Assembly: GCA_016176465.1 (NCBI GenBank)
Contig: JACOXD010000010.1
Span: 71,497 to 135,496 of the forward strand
Direction of reading: 5' to 3'
Source: Candidatus Daviesbacteria bacterium
GTDB lineage: Bacteria > Patescibacteriota > Microgenomatia > Daviesbacterales > UBA10151
DNA length: 64,000 nt
Position 1 is the first letter of the stretch; each line of letters begins with the position of its first letter. The position numbers and the translations under genes are program-made. The notes under the pieces were generated by a model, which did no database searches, was not told the DNA's origin, and saw nothing but the letters and a program-made list of their open reading frames with translations. Below, one piece after another: positions 18,629 through 27,205 of this stretch.

Positions 18629-19182
18629 ATTTTTGGGATAAGTGGAAATTTAAATATCTTACAGTTGTATTAATTAGTGTGTTAATTGCAATCATTCTGG
18701 CGGAAAATGAAACATTTAAGAATTTTTTGCATAACCTAGGGTCTCTTGAATATGTTGGTGCATTATCCGCAGGGTTATTATTTGTTTCTACTTTTACATT
18801 TGCAATTTCTACCGTAATAATTGTACTTTTATCACAAGACATACATCCTTTAGCTATTGCTTTAATTGGGGGAGTAGGGGCTGTTTTAGGAGATTTATTA
18901 ATTTTTAAACTTATTAAAGATAAATTAGGTCACGAATTAGCTTTACTTATCGGAAAAGAAGAAACCCACCATATTAAAGCCTTGCTTAAATCGAGATATG
19001 TCTCTTGGACTTTACCTTTAATTGGAGCTTTTATAATTGCTTCCCCTTTACCAGATGAATTAGGGATTAGCTTGTTAGGACTTACCAAAATATCTGATAC
19101 CAAATTTATTTTAATTTCCTACCTCTCTAATTCCTTTGGTATACTGACAATAGCATCGGTCGTCAGAGTATTGCAAATATGA
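18625..19182 (+). CDS. Hypothetical integral membrane protein.
   Basis: Four or five hydrophobic helices. Its start overlaps the trxB stop (ATGA). Confidence 0.4.
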   Translation: MNFWDKWKFKYLTVVLISVLIAIILAENETFKNFLHNLGSLEYVGALSAGLLFVSTFTFAISTVIIVLLSQDIHPLAIALIGGVGAVLGDLLIFKLIKDKLGHELALLIGKEETHHIKALLKSRYVSWTLPLIGAFIIASPLPDELGISLLGLTKISDTKFILISYLSNSFGILTIASVVRVLQI

Positions 19183-19733
19183 AACATCCAATCCAACTTG
19201 CCCGCTCCGAACTGGTAAATATTAGTCTAATAGAATTAATAAAATTGAGATTGCCCTGGCTGATCATTGGACTTTTAGGAGGATTAGTGGCAAGTTTGAT
19301 TGTCAGCAAGTACGAGTTATCTCTTCGAGAAAATATAGCTTTGGTATTTTTTATTCCAGTAATAGCTTATATGTCAGATGCTATAGGTACTCAAACAGAA
19401 ACCATATTTATCAGAGCTCTAACAGATCTAAAATTTAACATACTTACCTATATTTTAAGGGAGTTTGTTGTAGGATCAGTTTTAGGTTCAGTGGTTGGAG
19501 CTGCGGCTGCAATTGGAGCCTTTTTTCTTTCTTCATCAGTAGATGTAAGTTACGTTGTGGGAATATCAATATTTCTTTCAATGAGTGCAGCTACGATACT
19601 CGCCTGTCTGGTGCCAATTATTTTAAGATATTTTAAGAAGGATCCAGCAGTAGCTTCAGGACCCTTTACTACTGCTTTGCAGGATATAGTGAGTATAACA
19701 ATTTATTTAGGAGTGGCAAACTCTCTACTTTAG
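19179..19733 (+). CDS. MgtE-like divalent-cation transporter, transmembrane domain only (no N-terminal or CBS domains).
   Basis: FIPVIAYMSDAIGTQTETIFIRAL and PAVASGPFTTALQDIVSITIYLGVA resemble conserved blocks of the MgtE TM domain. Confidence 0.55.
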   Translation: MKHPIQLARSELVNISLIELIKLRLPWLIIGLLGGLVASLIVSKYELSLRENIALVFFIPVIAYMSDAIGTQTETIFIRALTDLKFNILTYILREFVVGSVLGSVVGAAAAIGAFFLSSSVDVSYVVGISIFLSMSAATILACLVPIILRYFKKDPAVASGPFTTALQDIVSITIYLGVANSLL

Positions 19734-19916
19734 CTTTAACAAAACTCGCAAACATTTTTAGCATCTCCTGGAGTTTTGCAGCAGGTGCTACAACAGTATA
19801 TTTTTCCCTGGTGAGTAAACTGTTGTCCTGGCTTAATCGTTTTACCACACCTTGCACATGTATGGGGTTTTGTATCTGTTGCCATTTATAAAATATAAAA
19901 AAGCAAAGCAGATCTG

Positions 19917-22532
19917 TCAAGTAACCAGATTGCTTCTTAAATTAGTTGGTTTAGCTACTAAAAACTTCATTAATAAAAGTAAAATTGCCCCAATACCTAA
20001 TATGAGAACCCAATCTCCTAAGTGCAGTGGCTGGATTTTAAAAAGTACCTGAAGTGAAGTTCCCAGAATAGATATTGGTAAGTAAAGTAGTAATAGTTGT
20101 AAAAGTAGAGAAGTTGCGATAGCTAGATTTAAAAACCTGTTGGAAAAAAGAGTTAAATTATATTGAGAGCGCAGGACAATAATAACTAACATCTCATATA
20201 AAACTATGGCAGTAAAGGTAAGAGTTTGAGCGTGAATTAGTGATTCTTTAGAAAATCCAAAAATTCCGAGAACCGCTACGCTCATCATCCCGCTTAGGAA
20301 AATTAGTAACCTCAGAAATTTTTTATTAATAATCTCTTCTCTGAATTGTTTAGGTGGAGAGAGCATGATATCTCCTCTAGCTTTATCAACTCCTAATGCA
20401 ACAGCTGGTAAACCATCAGTAACTAAATTTATCCAAAGCAAGTGAATTGGCAAAAGGGGTAGTGGCCATCCTAAAATTACAGCTACAAAAATTACCGTCA
20501 CTTCCATTGCGTTGGATGAAAGTAAGTAAGTTACAAATTTCCTAATATTTTCATAGATGCTTCTACCTTCCCTAACAGCAGCCACAATAGTATTAAAATG
20601 GTCGTCAAGTAAAATCATATCTGATGCATCTTTTGTCACATCAGTCCCGGTAATACCCATTGATACCCCAATATCAGCAGCTTTGAGTGCCGGGGCATCA
20701 TTAACTCCATCACCGGTCATGGCAACCTGATGACCATGAGATTTTAAGGCCTTGACGATCTTAATTTTATCTTCCGGATTAACTCTAGCGTAAATGGATA
20801 TATCCTCTACTATCTCTTGAAACTCACTATCACTTAAAGACGCTAATTCCTTTCCGGTAATACTTTTTCCTTCAATCCCAATCTCTTTCGCTATGGCTTG
20901 GGCTGTCAGTAAGTGATCTCCGGTAATCATTACTATTTTTATTCCAGCCTTTTTTTGGCAAACTTCAATAGCTTGTTTGACTCCTTCCCTGGGAGGATCA
21001 ATTAACCCCTGTATTCCTAAAAAGACCAAATCGCCTTCCAGCTCCTTTTCCTGGGGTAAATTTTTTACTTGCTTATAGGCAAAGCCCAATACTCGCAGTG
21101 CCTGACTGGCCATTTGATCATTGACCTGAATAATTTTTTGCTTTTTTTCTTCGCTTAAAGGTTCAATTTTGCCGTTCATTTCTATTTTTGAGCACTTATT
21201 TAAAATGACCTCGGGTGCGCCTTTGCTGGTAACTAAATATTCATTTTCCAACTTAGAAACTGTTGTCATCATCTTTCGATTTGAGCTAAAGGGTACTTCT
21301 TGTACTCGAGGATATTTTTTGATCAATTCTGTTTGATCAAGACCGAAATCTAATAGCGCCGAGATAAGTGCTGCCTCCGTACTATCTCCAATTATTTTTT
21401 CATTACTTTTTCTGGCATTGGATGAAAGAAAAGCATAAGTAAAGATTTTTCCAAGTATTGGATTTTTTTCGTTTTCGCCGTAAGAATAGAATCTATCGTT
21501 TAAATAGATCTTTCTTACCTGCATAGTTCCTTCTGTTAAAGACCCGGTTTTATCAGCACAAATAATATCGGTTGAACCTAAAGTTTCCGCTGCCGGTAGA
21601 TTTCTAAGTAGTGCTTTTTGTTTAACTAATCGCCTAGTGGCTAAGGCTAAAGAGATAGTTACAACAGCGGGTAGTCCCTCGGGAATAGCAGCTACTGCTA
21701 GGGCAACTGAGGAGATAGTAGCCTCAATTAATTGTTGCTCACCAAAAATAATCTCCTCCAGCCCAACCAATATGGCAATAACTAAAATTATTTTGCCAAT
21801 AAAACCTCCCAAGCGGTTGAGTTTTTTTTGCATTGGAGTCGCAGAATCAACTTGAGTTGTTACTAAATGGGCGATTTTACCTAACTCTGTTTCCATTCCT
21901 GTTGATACAACTACCCCCAATCCCTTTCCACTACTGATTATTGTTCCCAAAAAAAGCATGTTTTTTTGATCAGCAATAGGTAAGTTGTTGGATAAAGGTT
22001 CAACTTTTTTGTCAACTGGGGTTGACTCACCGGTCAGTGTAGCCTCAATAGTGTATAAATTTATTTGTGAAGTTATCCTTAAATCAGCTGGGACTTTTTG
22101 GCCCTCATTAATAACCACTAAATCTCCAGGTACTAACTCTTTGGAAGGGATTTGAATTAAATTGCCACTACGAAAAATAAAAGAGTTAGCTGCTGAAAGT
22201 TTTTTAAGATGTTCAATTTCTTTTTCTACTTTATATTCTTGAAAAAATCCGACCAAAGCATTAATAATGACTATAGCTATGATCATTACCGCATCAACAA
22301 TTTCCCCTAGAAAAATTGAAGCGAGGGAGGCCAAGAGTAAAATAATTACTAAAAAGTTGCTAAATTGAGCAAAAAGAATTAATAAGAAGTTTTTCCCTTT
22401 TTTTTCTTTTAAAATGTTTAAACCAAATTTATTCAGCCTGTGTTTAGCTTCTTCATCAGTAAGCCCTTTTTGTAAATCGGTTTGTAATAAAGAGGCAACT
22501 TTCTGGATAGGTAGAGTGTAAATTTTTTCCAC
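19917..22532 (-). CDS. P-type cation-transporting ATPase, type IIA (Ca2+-ATPase-like).
   Basis: ICADKTGSLTEG (DKTG phosphorylation motif), TGES-like, MTGDGVNDAPALKAADIGVSMG hinge, ten predicted TM helices. Confidence 0.85.
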   Translation of the reverse strand: MEKIYTLPIQKVASLLQTDLQKGLTDEEAKHRLNKFGLNILKEKKGKNFLLILFAQFSNFLVIILLLASLASIFLGEIVDAVMIIAIVIINALVGFFQEYKVEKEIEHLKKLSAANSFIFRSGNLIQIPSKELVPGDLVVINEGQKVPADLRITSQINLYTIEATLTGESTPVDKKVEPLSNNLPIADQKNMLFLGTIISSGKGLGVVVSTGMETELGKIAHLVTTQVDSATPMQKKLNRLGGFIGKIILVIAILVGLEEIIFGEQQLIEATISSVALAVAAIPEGLPAVVTISLALATRRLVKQKALLRNLPAAETLGSTDIICADKTGSLTEGTMQVRKIYLNDRFYSYGENEKNPILGKIFTYAFLSSNARKSNEKIIGDSTEAALISALLDFGLDQTELIKKYPRVQEVPFSSNRKMMTTVSKLENEYLVTSKGAPEVILNKCSKIEMNGKIEPLSEEKKQKIIQVNDQMASQALRVLGFAYKQVKNLPQEKELEGDLVFLGIQGLIDPPREGVKQAIEVCQKKAGIKIVMITGDHLLTAQAIAKEIGIEGKSITGKELASLSDSEFQEIVEDISIYARVNPEDKIKIVKALKSHGHQVAMTGDGVNDAPALKAADIGVSMGITGTDVTKDASDMILLDDHFNTIVAAVREGRSIYENIRKFVTYLLSSNAMEVTVIFVAVILGWPLPLLPIHLLWINLVTDGLPAVALGVDKARGDIMLSPPKQFREEIINKKFLRLLIFLSGMMSVAVLGIFGFSKESLIHAQTLTFTAIVLYEMLVIIVLRSQYNLTLFSNRFLNLAIATSLLLQLLLLYLPISILGTSLQVLFKIQPLHLGDWVLILGIGAILLLLMKFLVAKPTNLRSNLVT

Positions 22533-22574
22533 TATATTTTGATTGTAGTATATAAGTAATGATAAAGTAGAAGT

Positions 22575-23348
22575 ATGGGGTTAGTTACTGAAGTTTTGGC
22601 TCATGGAGTTGAAGAAGCTGCAACTTTAGCTTCTCCGGCTTTGGATCAGGTTATCCGTGCCAATTCTATTCAGTACTCTTTAATCTCCCTGGCAGTTGTT
22701 TTTATATTAGTAATTCTGTCTGTGCTGTTTAAGGAAAGACAGGAAAAATTCAAGTTTTTATTGTTTGGAGGTTTTGTTTTAGTGATAGTATTAAATACTG
22801 TCTATTTGGTTAGCTCCACTATCTATCTGAACAGTCAATCAATCACTGGCGGGCCTGTCCATTACCATGCTGATTTTGAAATTTATAATTGTGGGCAAAA
22901 AGTAGAGGTGAAAAATCCTGAAGGTTTATCTAATAAAGTTGGTACAGAAGTGGTGCATGAACATAATGACAACAGGATTCATATTGAAGGGGTGATTTTG
23001 AATAAGCATGATGCCAGCATTGGGCATTTTCTTGAGGCTTTAGGGGGAGAGCTGCGCCAAGACCGTATGTCCATACCTGCGGAAGATGGTTTACTGGAGC
23101 TGGAAAACGGCCAAATGTGTCATGATCAAGCCGGTATCTTGCAAGTTTTTGTTTATCGTACAGAGAGCGGCTCTTTTTATCAGCGAAAATTGACTGGTAA
23201 CCCCCAGGATTATGTTATTTCGCCTTTTGGTCAAGTTCCGCCAGGGGACTGCATCATTATAGAGTTTGATAAACCAAAAGACAAAACAGATAAATTATGT
23301 ATCTTTTATAAAGTAGCCAAAGAGAAAGGAGAAATTCGTGTTCGCTGA
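22575..23348 (+). CDS. Hypothetical His/Cys-containing membrane-anchored protein, encoded with an overlapping CcdA.
   Basis: Two N-terminal TM helices. The soluble part has HYHADFEIYNCGQK, HEHNDNRIH, NGQMCHDQ and PGDCIII. Locally GC-rich. No thioredoxin CxxC fold recognised. Confidence 0.35.
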   Translation: MGLVTEVLAHGVEEAATLASPALDQVIRANSIQYSLISLAVVFILVILSVLFKERQEKFKFLLFGGFVLVIVLNTVYLVSSTIYLNSQSITGGPVHYHADFEIYNCGQKVEVKNPEGLSNKVGTEVVHEHNDNRIHIEGVILNKHDASIGHFLEALGGELRQDRMSIPAEDGLLELENGQMCHDQAGILQVFVYRTESGSFYQRKLTGNPQDYVISPFGQVPPGDCIIIEFDKPKDKTDKLCIFYKVAKEKGEIRVR

Positions 23349-24048
23349 TTTGCATCTGCCAACTTTAGGATTAGTTTTAGGTTCTGCTGCCATTGATTCC
23401 ATTAACCCTTGTGCCATTGGAGTTTTAATTCTAATGATCTCAGTGATATTAGGAAATAATAAATCAGTTGGCCAAATGTTACTCTTGGGAGGCTTCTATA
23501 TTTTGGCTATTTTTACTACCTATTTACTGGCAGGGTTGGGGCTTTTATATTTTTTGGTTGCAATCCCCCTTTTCGTGACAGAATATATTTCCATTACTGT
23601 TGGGATAATTATAGTTTTGCTTGGATTGGTAGAGATTAAAGATTATTTTTGGTATGGAAGAGGATTTTCCTTAGGCATCCCCCTTGTATTTACAGATAAA
23701 ATTCACAAAATGGCTCAAAATGTCTCTGTGCCAGGGGTAATTTTAACAGGAGTTTTTGTGGCCGGAGTAGAGCTGCCTTGTACTGGAGCACCCTATTTAG
23801 CCATCATCACTATTTTATCCACTAACTTTAATACAGCTGCTTTTTTGATGCTGATTTTATATAACATAGTTTTTGTTCTGCCTTTAGTTTTAATCTTAAT
23901 TTTGGTAGCAGGTGGGATCCAGCTGCCGGCAGTCAAGGCTTGGAAACAGGAAACCAGAGGATTAATGAGATTGGCTATTGGATTATTACTGATAGGTCTT
24001 GGATGGTTGTTGATACTGATTGCAAATGGTACCATTAATTTCGGATGA
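23338..24048 (+). CDS. ccdA: Cytochrome c-type biogenesis / thiol-disulfide transporter CcdA (DsbD transmembrane-domain family).
   Basis: Six TM helices with the two conserved Cys (SINPCAIGVL and ELPCTGAPYL). Confidence 0.7.
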   Translation: MFADLHLPTLGLVLGSAAIDSINPCAIGVLILMISVILGNNKSVGQMLLLGGFYILAIFTTYLLAGLGLLYFLVAIPLFVTEYISITVGIIIVLLGLVEIKDYFWYGRGFSLGIPLVFTDKIHKMAQNVSVPGVILTGVFVAGVELPCTGAPYLAIITILSTNFNTAAFLMLILYNIVFVLPLVLILILVAGGIQLPAVKAWKQETRGLMRLAIGLLLIGLGWLLILIANGTINFG

Positions 24049-24314
24049 TTCATATTGTAAAAAGAAGAAGACACAAAGAAGATTTTGATGAAAGAAAAAT
24101 TTATGCTTCTGTTTATAGTGCTTGTCTGAGTTCTCATTTAAGCAAAGAGGAGGCAGAAAAAATTGCAGGAGAAATTAGTGAGAAAGTAAAAAACTGGGTT
24201 AGTACTGAAAAGGAAGTGACCAGCAATCAAATTTTTATTAAAGTTGGAGAGGAACTAGAAAAAATCAATAAACCTGCAGGATTTATGTATTCAACTCATA
24301 GAGATATCTCCTAA
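24045..24314 (+). CDS. Standalone ATP-cone domain protein.
   Basis: MIHIVKRRRHKEDFDERKIYASVYSA fits the ATP-cone consensus VIKRDGxxExFdxxKI. No attached catalytic domain. Confidence 0.55.
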   Translation: MIHIVKRRRHKEDFDERKIYASVYSACLSSHLSKEEAEKIAGEISEKVKNWVSTEKEVTSNQIFIKVGEELEKINKPAGFMYSTHRDIS

Positions 24315-24465
24315 TTTAATTTTTTAGGGTGACAAAAAAATCTGCAATAGCAGAAAACTTATTCAGTTTGGATTAATTCATTAAATGAACTCCCGATGTA
24401 GGTGTAGGAGTATGTGGGATCAAAAGAGGTATCTACTCCTTCCTCTAGGAACTTGAAAATATCCG

Positions 24466-24507
24466 CAGGTTTCCACACAAACAACCCCGGGGGTTACCAT
24501 TATTATT
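24466..24507. repeat. REP-like hairpin repeat, family 2 (ATATCCGCAGGTTTCCACACAAnCAACCCCGGGGGTTACCAT), solo copy.
   Basis: Near-identical copies at 32363-32404 and 36247-36286, and variants at 31665-31694 and 62593-62627. Contains the palindrome CCCCGGGGG. Confidence 0.55.
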
Positions 24508-24617
24508 AGCGGAAATTCCTAAGGATTCTTCGTTCGGATAACCTAATTCAGCTGCATAAACTTCAATACCTCTTCCTGTTTCTCCTACTGGTCAATACAA
24601 GATTTTCTTCTCTATTT

Positions 24618-25316
24618 TTAATGAACCAATACTCTTGTGCCTGGGTTTTCAGGAATAGCCCTGGCTACATTTTCTCCTGCAGGGACAGTGGGGCCTGCCC
24701 AATCAAAAAGTGCACCAATTTTATCTAGGGGTGAGTTAACACAACCATGGCTCATGGGTTGACCAAAGTTATTGTGCCAATATGCGCCGTGGATAGCATA
24801 ACCTTTGTAAAAAAACATATTATGAGGAACGTTTGGCAAATAATAGTAGGTTCCGAGCTCTTTTGATCCTCCGCTCATCACTTGGTTTCTGGTTTTATAC
24901 CAGATATTAAAAGTACCCTTAGGAGTAGGGGCCCACTTACCTGAGGAGATTGGAAATTCCATAATCTGTTTATTGCCTTCCCAAGCTCTTAGCATCTGTT
25001 CATCCAAAGACACTTCAATCCATTTTTCTTCACCAGCTGCATTCGTTGTGCCTAAAACCGTTGATGAATTATTATTAAAATTGCCTTGGGCAAGGGATGT
25101 TTTGGGATAATTTATAAATTCGCCGTTAAAAATTGCTACCTCTGCTTCATCATCAAATTCACCGCTAGTTGAAGTTACCTCTTCTTCATTACAACAAGAT
25201 GTTGTAGTATCACCTGAAATTCCTAGTCTGTAAGCCAGCTCTCTTCTCAGGGGTAAATAGGCAATAGTAAAGGCAAATAGCACAATAACAACCAAAATGG
25301 GCAGGAATTTATACAT
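24618..25316 (-). CDS. L,D-transpeptidase (YkuD domain), membrane-anchored.
   Basis: N-terminal TM helix; catalytic AIHGAYWHNNFGQPMSHGCVNSP (the H-x-SHGC motif). Confidence 0.8.
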   Translation of the reverse strand: MYKFLPILVVIVLFAFTIAYLPLRRELAYRLGISGDTTTSCCNEEEVTSTSGEFDDEAEVAIFNGEFINYPKTSLAQGNFNNNSSTVLGTTNAAGEEKWIEVSLDEQMLRAWEGNKQIMEFPISSGKWAPTPKGTFNIWYKTRNQVMSGGSKELGTYYYLPNVPHNMFFYKGYAIHGAYWHNNFGQPMSHGCVNSPLDKIGALFDWAGPTVPAGENVARAIPENPGTRVLVH

Positions 25317-25362
25317 AAATCATTGTTATATGTGCTAGGATAATAAGTCAAGGGGGAGGGGT

Positions 25363-26289
25363 ATGGGAAAAATTCTTCAAGCAGTAATCTTATGCTTGGG
25401 AGCTATAGTAATAACTTTGTTTTTGCTTATTATCCAAGGACAAAGAGGGGAATCATTAATTTCTCCGGTATTGGGGCAATCCAGGCTCAAGTTAGCAGAT
25501 AATATCTGGTATCCTAAAGAAGCTCCTAAATCTTTTCCTGATGCACCAGAAATTAGTGCAAAAGTAGCTTTTTTTATAGAAATGAATTCGGGGAAAGTAC
25601 TGTTTGCTAAAAATTACAAGGAAAAAACCTCGATTGCTTCTTTAGTAAAAATTATGACTGCAATTGTTGCATTAGAAAACAGAAATTGGGACGAATTATT
25701 AAAAGTCTCATCGTATGCTGCAGAGGCGGAGCCAGATAAAATGTATCTTCAAAAAGAAGAAAGGCTCACAGTGGAGGATTTACTCAAAGGAATTTTTTTA
25801 GTTTCTGCCAATGACGCTGCGGAAGTTTTGGCAGAAGGAGTAACAGGCAGAAGAGAGGAATTTATCAACTTAATGAACTCTAAAGCTAAGCAATTAGGTA
25901 TGTATGATACCAACTTTGTAAATTCAACGGGCTTAGAAGAAGATTTTAACCCTCAGCTTTCCAGCGCGTATGACGTTGCTATTATGTCCCGTTATGCAAT
26001 TAAAAAATGGCCTAAATTAATAGAAATTTCCTCCAAACCTGAAATTTACATTCCTTCAGATTTAACTCATCAAGAATATTATCTTATCTCAGGTATTAAT
26101 CTATTAACTACTTATCCTGGAGTAGTGGGATTTAAAACTGGGTTTACTCAGCAGGCTGGTTTAACCCTAGTAACTGTAGCAAAAAAAGAGGATAAAGAAG
26201 TAATGGGAGTATTACTTAGTGCAGTTAATAGAAGAGATGATGCTAAATTATTACTTGATTATTCTTTTAAAAAATTAGGAGTTAAATAG
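25363..26289 (+). CDS. dacA: D-alanyl-D-alanine carboxypeptidase (peptidase S11, PBP5/DacA-like).
   Basis: Signal/TM helix. SIASLVK (SxxK), SANDAA (SxN), KTGFT (KTG). Confidence 0.8.
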   Translation: MGKILQAVILCLGAIVITLFLLIIQGQRGESLISPVLGQSRLKLADNIWYPKEAPKSFPDAPEISAKVAFFIEMNSGKVLFAKNYKEKTSIASLVKIMTAIVALENRNWDELLKVSSYAAEAEPDKMYLQKEERLTVEDLLKGIFLVSANDAAEVLAEGVTGRREEFINLMNSKAKQLGMYDTNFVNSTGLEEDFNPQLSSAYDVAIMSRYAIKKWPKLIEISSKPEIYIPSDLTHQEYYLISGINLLTTYPGVVGFKTGFTQQAGLTLVTVAKKEDKEVMGVLLSAVNRRDDAKLLLDYSFKKLGVK

Positions 26290-26303
26290 TAATTTACCTT
26301 TTT

Positions 26304-26368
26304 ATCCGTAGGAAAGCTCTGCTTATCCGTAGGAAAGCTCTGCTTACCATCGTCAGATGGAAAGCTCT
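26304..26368 (-). repeat. Variant copies (2 plus a partial) of the 21-bp minisatellite (AAGCAGAGCTTTCCTACGGAT on the minus strand, KQSFPTD).
   Basis: Lies within the listed 65-aa minus-strand ORF 26259-26456, which has a signal-peptide-like N-terminus followed by KQSFPSDDGKQSFPTDKQSFPTDKK. Confidence 0.6.
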
Positions 26369-26639
26369 GCTTATTTTCAGCTGAAGCAGATTTAACAATT
26401 GCGAAAGTGAGTATTGCAGCGAAAATTAGAAGCAAAAGGACTGCTTGCAACTTCATCGGTAAAGATAATGATATTAAATCCCTCAGGTTTTGTCAAATTT
26501 AGACTACTATAACAAGCCAAATTGCTTACTTGTTTTTGGGTTTTATTTGGCTTATTATCATAATTACAGTTGAAAGGTTGTACTGGTTTTTTGCTTCCGT
26601 TAGCTTGGGTAAAATTTAAGTTTGTCGCAAAAAACCAAA

Positions 26640-26690
26640 ACACTATATATTGTATATTGACAGTTTATCTAGACAATATGATATGTTAGA
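26640..26690 (+). promoter_or_regulatory. Putative nrdR-nrdJ promoter (TTGACA at 26657-26662) with a flanking NrdR-box-like palindromic segment (ACACTATATATTGTAT).
   Basis: Read from sequence. NrdR boxes are AT-rich 16-bp palindromes of the type acaCwAtATaTwGtgt; the match is partial. Confidence 0.25.
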
Positions 26691-26740
26691 TATGTTGAAG
26701 AGATTTAGGTTAGTTATACAACAGGTTGTGGTAGTGAATT

Positions 26741-27184
26741 ATGAATTGTCCTTTTTGCAGGAGTCTTTTAAATAAAGTTGTGGATAAAAGAGCAGTAGCG
26801 GGGACGGGTGAGATCCGCCGCCGGCGAGAATGCTTAAAATGTCATCAACGTTTTTCTACTTACGAAAAATTGGCCAAACTTGAGATTATGGTAATTAAAA
26901 GGGATGGTCGAAAACAAATTTTTGATAAATTAAAACTGCAAATGGGAATTTCCAAAGCTTTAGAAAAGCGACCAGCTTTAGATCAAGTTGAAATAATAGC
27001 GGATCGGATTGAAGCTAAGATGAGAAAAGAAGGATTAAAAGAAGTAACCTCTAAGGTAATAGGTAGAACGGTCTTGGGAGAACTTAAGAAATTGGATAAG
27101 GTCGCTTACTTGCGGTTTGCCAGTGTTTACAGGCAGTTTAATAAACCAAGTGATTTTGCCAAAGAATTAACTAGTTTGTCTTAA
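26741..27184 (+). CDS. nrdR: Transcriptional repressor NrdR (zinc ribbon plus ATP-cone).
   Basis: MNCPFC ... CLKC zinc ribbon followed by an ATP-cone (VIKRDGRKQIFDKLKL). Confidence 0.85.
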   Translation: MNCPFCRSLLNKVVDKRAVAGTGEIRRRRECLKCHQRFSTYEKLAKLEIMVIKRDGRKQIFDKLKLQMGISKALEKRPALDQVEIIADRIEAKMRKEGLKEVTSKVIGRTVLGELKKLDKVAYLRFASVYRQFNKPSDFAKELTSLS

Positions 27185-27205
27185 GTTGAAAAGATAAGCG
27201 GTAGC

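Noticed and set aside
19669-20052. Two small ORFs (83 and 66 aa) between the mgtE-like gene and the P-type ATPase
   Set aside because: They overlap the 3' ends of convergent, well-supported genes and have no motifs. Spurious.
26392-26643. 83-aa minus-strand ORF upstream of nrdR
   Set aside because: It overlaps the putative nrdR promoter/NrdR-box region and has low-complexity composition. There is no support.
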